Shown: positions 61,233 through 64,000 of the stretch, in pieces | Layout of the letters: each line of letters begins with the position of its first letter | How positions within the stretch are numbered: the stretch's first letter is position 1 | Assembly: GCA_964270895.1 (NCBI GenBank) | Contig: OZ185445.1 | Strand: one strand, 5' to 3' | Length of the DNA: 64,000 nucleotides | Source of the DNA: Podarcis filfolensis | Lineage: Eukaryota | Position numbers and translations under genes: made by a program | The notes under the pieces: model-generated | Database searches by the model: none | What the model was told of the DNA's origin: nothing | What the model saw: only the letters and a program-made list of their open reading frames with translations

Positions 61233-61402
61233 NNNNNNNNNNNNNNNNNNNNNNNNNNNNNNNNNNNNNNNNNNNNNNNNNNNNNNNNNNNNNNNNNNNN
61301 NNNNNNNNNNNNNNNNNNNNNNNNNNNNNNNNNNNNNNNNNNNNNNNNNNNNNNNNNNNNNNNNNNNNNNNNNNNNNNNNNNNNNNNNNNNNNNNNNNNN
61401 NN
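61233..61402. other. Assembly gap (170 N)
   Basis: Direct reading. Confidence 1.
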
Positions 61403-64000
61403 AGAATGGGGGGCAAGTGGAGGACAGGCTCCTTTGAGGGCGGTGCCTACCTCCCTTGCCCGCCCCCCTCTGGTGCCACCAACATCTTGATCAGCGCTGT
61501 TTTAAGCAATAAATTACGTGAATAGTCCAGGACTTTGCTGCAGAGAATAGATTTATCTATCTTCAAATTCTTTCAGCTAAAGAAAAAGTATGCCTGAGAG
61601 AAACAAATGGCAGTTATCTGAATGAAGTATTTGACCTTGCTTCTGGTTCCTCAGCTCAGACTTATCTAATTCTGACATCATTGCCAAACAAACAAACAAA
61701 ATGTGATTAAGAGTCCTGTCTTATAAAATGTTCCTTGAAGAAATTTACTGGAGAATCAGCGGAGACCAATGTCCATCATGACAACATGCCAAGGCATACT
61801 CATCCCTTCTGAAGTGACAGCCTGTAAACATCAATTAGCTTTTCAACCAATTTCTTTTCATTTTGACAATACCCAACAAATAATGGATTAAATTGTTAGG
61901 CCCATAAATACTGTAACTGGATAAGCAAATCTGAAGCAAGAACTAAGGAAACACTACCCCCCACACATAAAAAAAGCTAAGTTACATTTAAATTTTGGTC
62001 AGGTTACCTGTTGGCCTATATATCAAACTGTATTAAGAGGATAATAAATGCATAAATATGAATTTATTCCATATTTTAGCTATCTTTAGGGCTCAGTCAA
62101 CATACATGTACACAAAGCCAGGGTTTAGGAACAGAGACTGGTGTGCTGGATTATGTGAACCCTCTCAGATGCTTCTTCTCCGTCCCATATTCTCTCTTTA
62201 TCAAAAGAGTTTTTATTTTTCCTCTGTCCATGTGTTCCATGGATGTGCGGAGGGGAACCATGCTCATGGATTACGTACCGAGTGTCAGTGTGCTTAACCT
62301 ACGCACTTCCACTTAAACACATATGGGTTGGGGTCATGGCCCACACTCCTGTGTCACACAGTCACTCAGTATGTGAGTGAATGAGTAACAAGAGTTAGAA
62401 TCTGACACTAACCTAAGGTGGCAATTACCCACATATAAAGTCAAACAAGTTGTGCTCTGATTGAGACCCTATTTAAACATCCCAAAAGATCATGCTCACA
62501 ATATCCATATTCAGTTTTATTGTATATGTATTTTAGGAGATGTCAAGATAACCTGTTCCACATGTGTTCTGGCAGAAAATAGAAGCTCAGGGTAAGTAAA
62601 CAGCATATGCTAAACAAAGGAGGTTTAGTCTCATTGTCTTGAAAAAGTTATAGTATTTCTTCTAAGAACATAAAAGGTGGCAACATGAGAATATTAAAAA
62701 AAAAGTGGGTTGGTTCATTTGACATTATTTGTGCATTTATAATTTTTATTTTGTTTACTACAGGATGTTGAGCATTTTCCACAGCAATTGTGGATCCCTG
62801 CATTTTCGTGGATCTGAGCAGAAATGGCTTTTGATCAAACTTTCATACCAGAAGGCTCATTGTGTGTTTTTTCTTCCCCTCCCTTTCCCCCATTGTTTGC
62901 TTGTTTCTAAAGCTTGTCATTCTTACAGGGAGCAGAAACAATACCATGTGACTTGGGTGATCAATCACACACACTATAAAGGCTGAAGGGCTGGAATAAA
63001 CAATTTTCAGGCATCCCTGGTTTTGTTTAAACACGTATGGGGCCTCTGACAAATCCCTTGACTAGATCTCACATCAAGATCAAAAGTATGACTTTTGCTA
63101 TTCCCTTCCCAAGCTGGGCTTTGAGTTATGTATTTATTTAGTTCTATAGCTTGCCTTTCCCATCTGGTGCATACAAAGCATCTAATTACTGATAATTTAG
63201 ATAATAGATCCTTGTATTTGTGGGATCCGCTATCCACCCTCTTTATAATTTAATTGACTGAGTATACTTTCTAGAGCAGGGCGGTCCAAACATGTGGCCT
63301 TCAAGACCGTTTTTGGCGACCCTCAGCAACATTTGATGCCTTCACCCCAGCCCTCCCACTAGTGTCCCAAAGCTGGGTGAGGCACTGGGCTTGGGGAAGG
63401 AGGCGAGACAGCTCTGACAGGGTCCTAAAGTCCTCTCTCCACCTCCCTAAAACCTAGTTAGTGCTTTCCCAGCTTTGGGATGCCTGTGGGAGGGCTCTAG
63501 GACCATGCCAGAGCCTTATGCCTCCTTCCCAAAGCATGGCACCATGCTTAGTCAGCTTTGGGAAGGAAGTTCAATGGCTGGGGGGTAAATTTTGGCCTCA
63601 CTCCCACCCATTCCCCAATGCAACAAGTCAGTGTGCAGCTCATGGGTTCCATGTCAAAATACTCTTGTGGCCCACTTAGTATGAAAAGTTCAAGTATGAA
63701 AGCCTGTTCAAGAGAGGCAGAACATAAAATATTATTTCATGGTGGGTCTCACAGAAGTCCAAAATCATGAGACCCAGAGGTAGGCTGAAGTAAGTGCTAC
63801 AGAACTCTGTCTACCAGTCACTGTTCCTGCTCCTTTTCTCTTCCTCTGAACTGGGCTAGTCAGACCTCCTGCCAATCCTCCTTTTAATTGGGTGGGGGCT
63901 ATGCAGCAGTAGTATGCAGCAGACTGCATCTGTACCTCACTTGCAATAAGGGGTTAACACATTTTTTAGGCCCCGCAGCTATAAGGCTCCTTATCTCCCT

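Noticed and set aside
60968-61525. ORFs spanning 61233-61402
   Set aside because: Artefacts of translating through the N gap.

Overview
Vertebrate genomic DNA, most likely from a lacertid-type lizard. That call is inferred from the repeat content: Sauria SINEs, BovB/RTE, tRNA-headed CR1-tail SINEs, and squamate-type L1, L2, CR1 and MITEs. The only recognisable host gene is the 5' end of MAP1B on the minus strand. It has a CpG-island promoter with TATA (5467-5473) and an Inr (~5440), a G-rich 5'UTR, coding exon 1 (5231-5054, 59 codons plus 1 nt, phase-1 GT donor) and the first ~5 kb of intron 1; exon 2 was not found and is presumably left of base 1. The other ~58 kb is upstream intergenic sequence with many transposon relics, several nested and with readable target-site duplications (TSDs), plus microsatellites, TE-poor stretches and a 170-N gap. 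The most unusual structure is a 1.6-kb block (50429-52066) flanked by a single 13-bp direct repeat, in which two BovB 3' fragments enclose ~700 bp of unrelated genomic cargo. No novel protein-coding system could be supported. Repeat family names come from recognition, not a database search.
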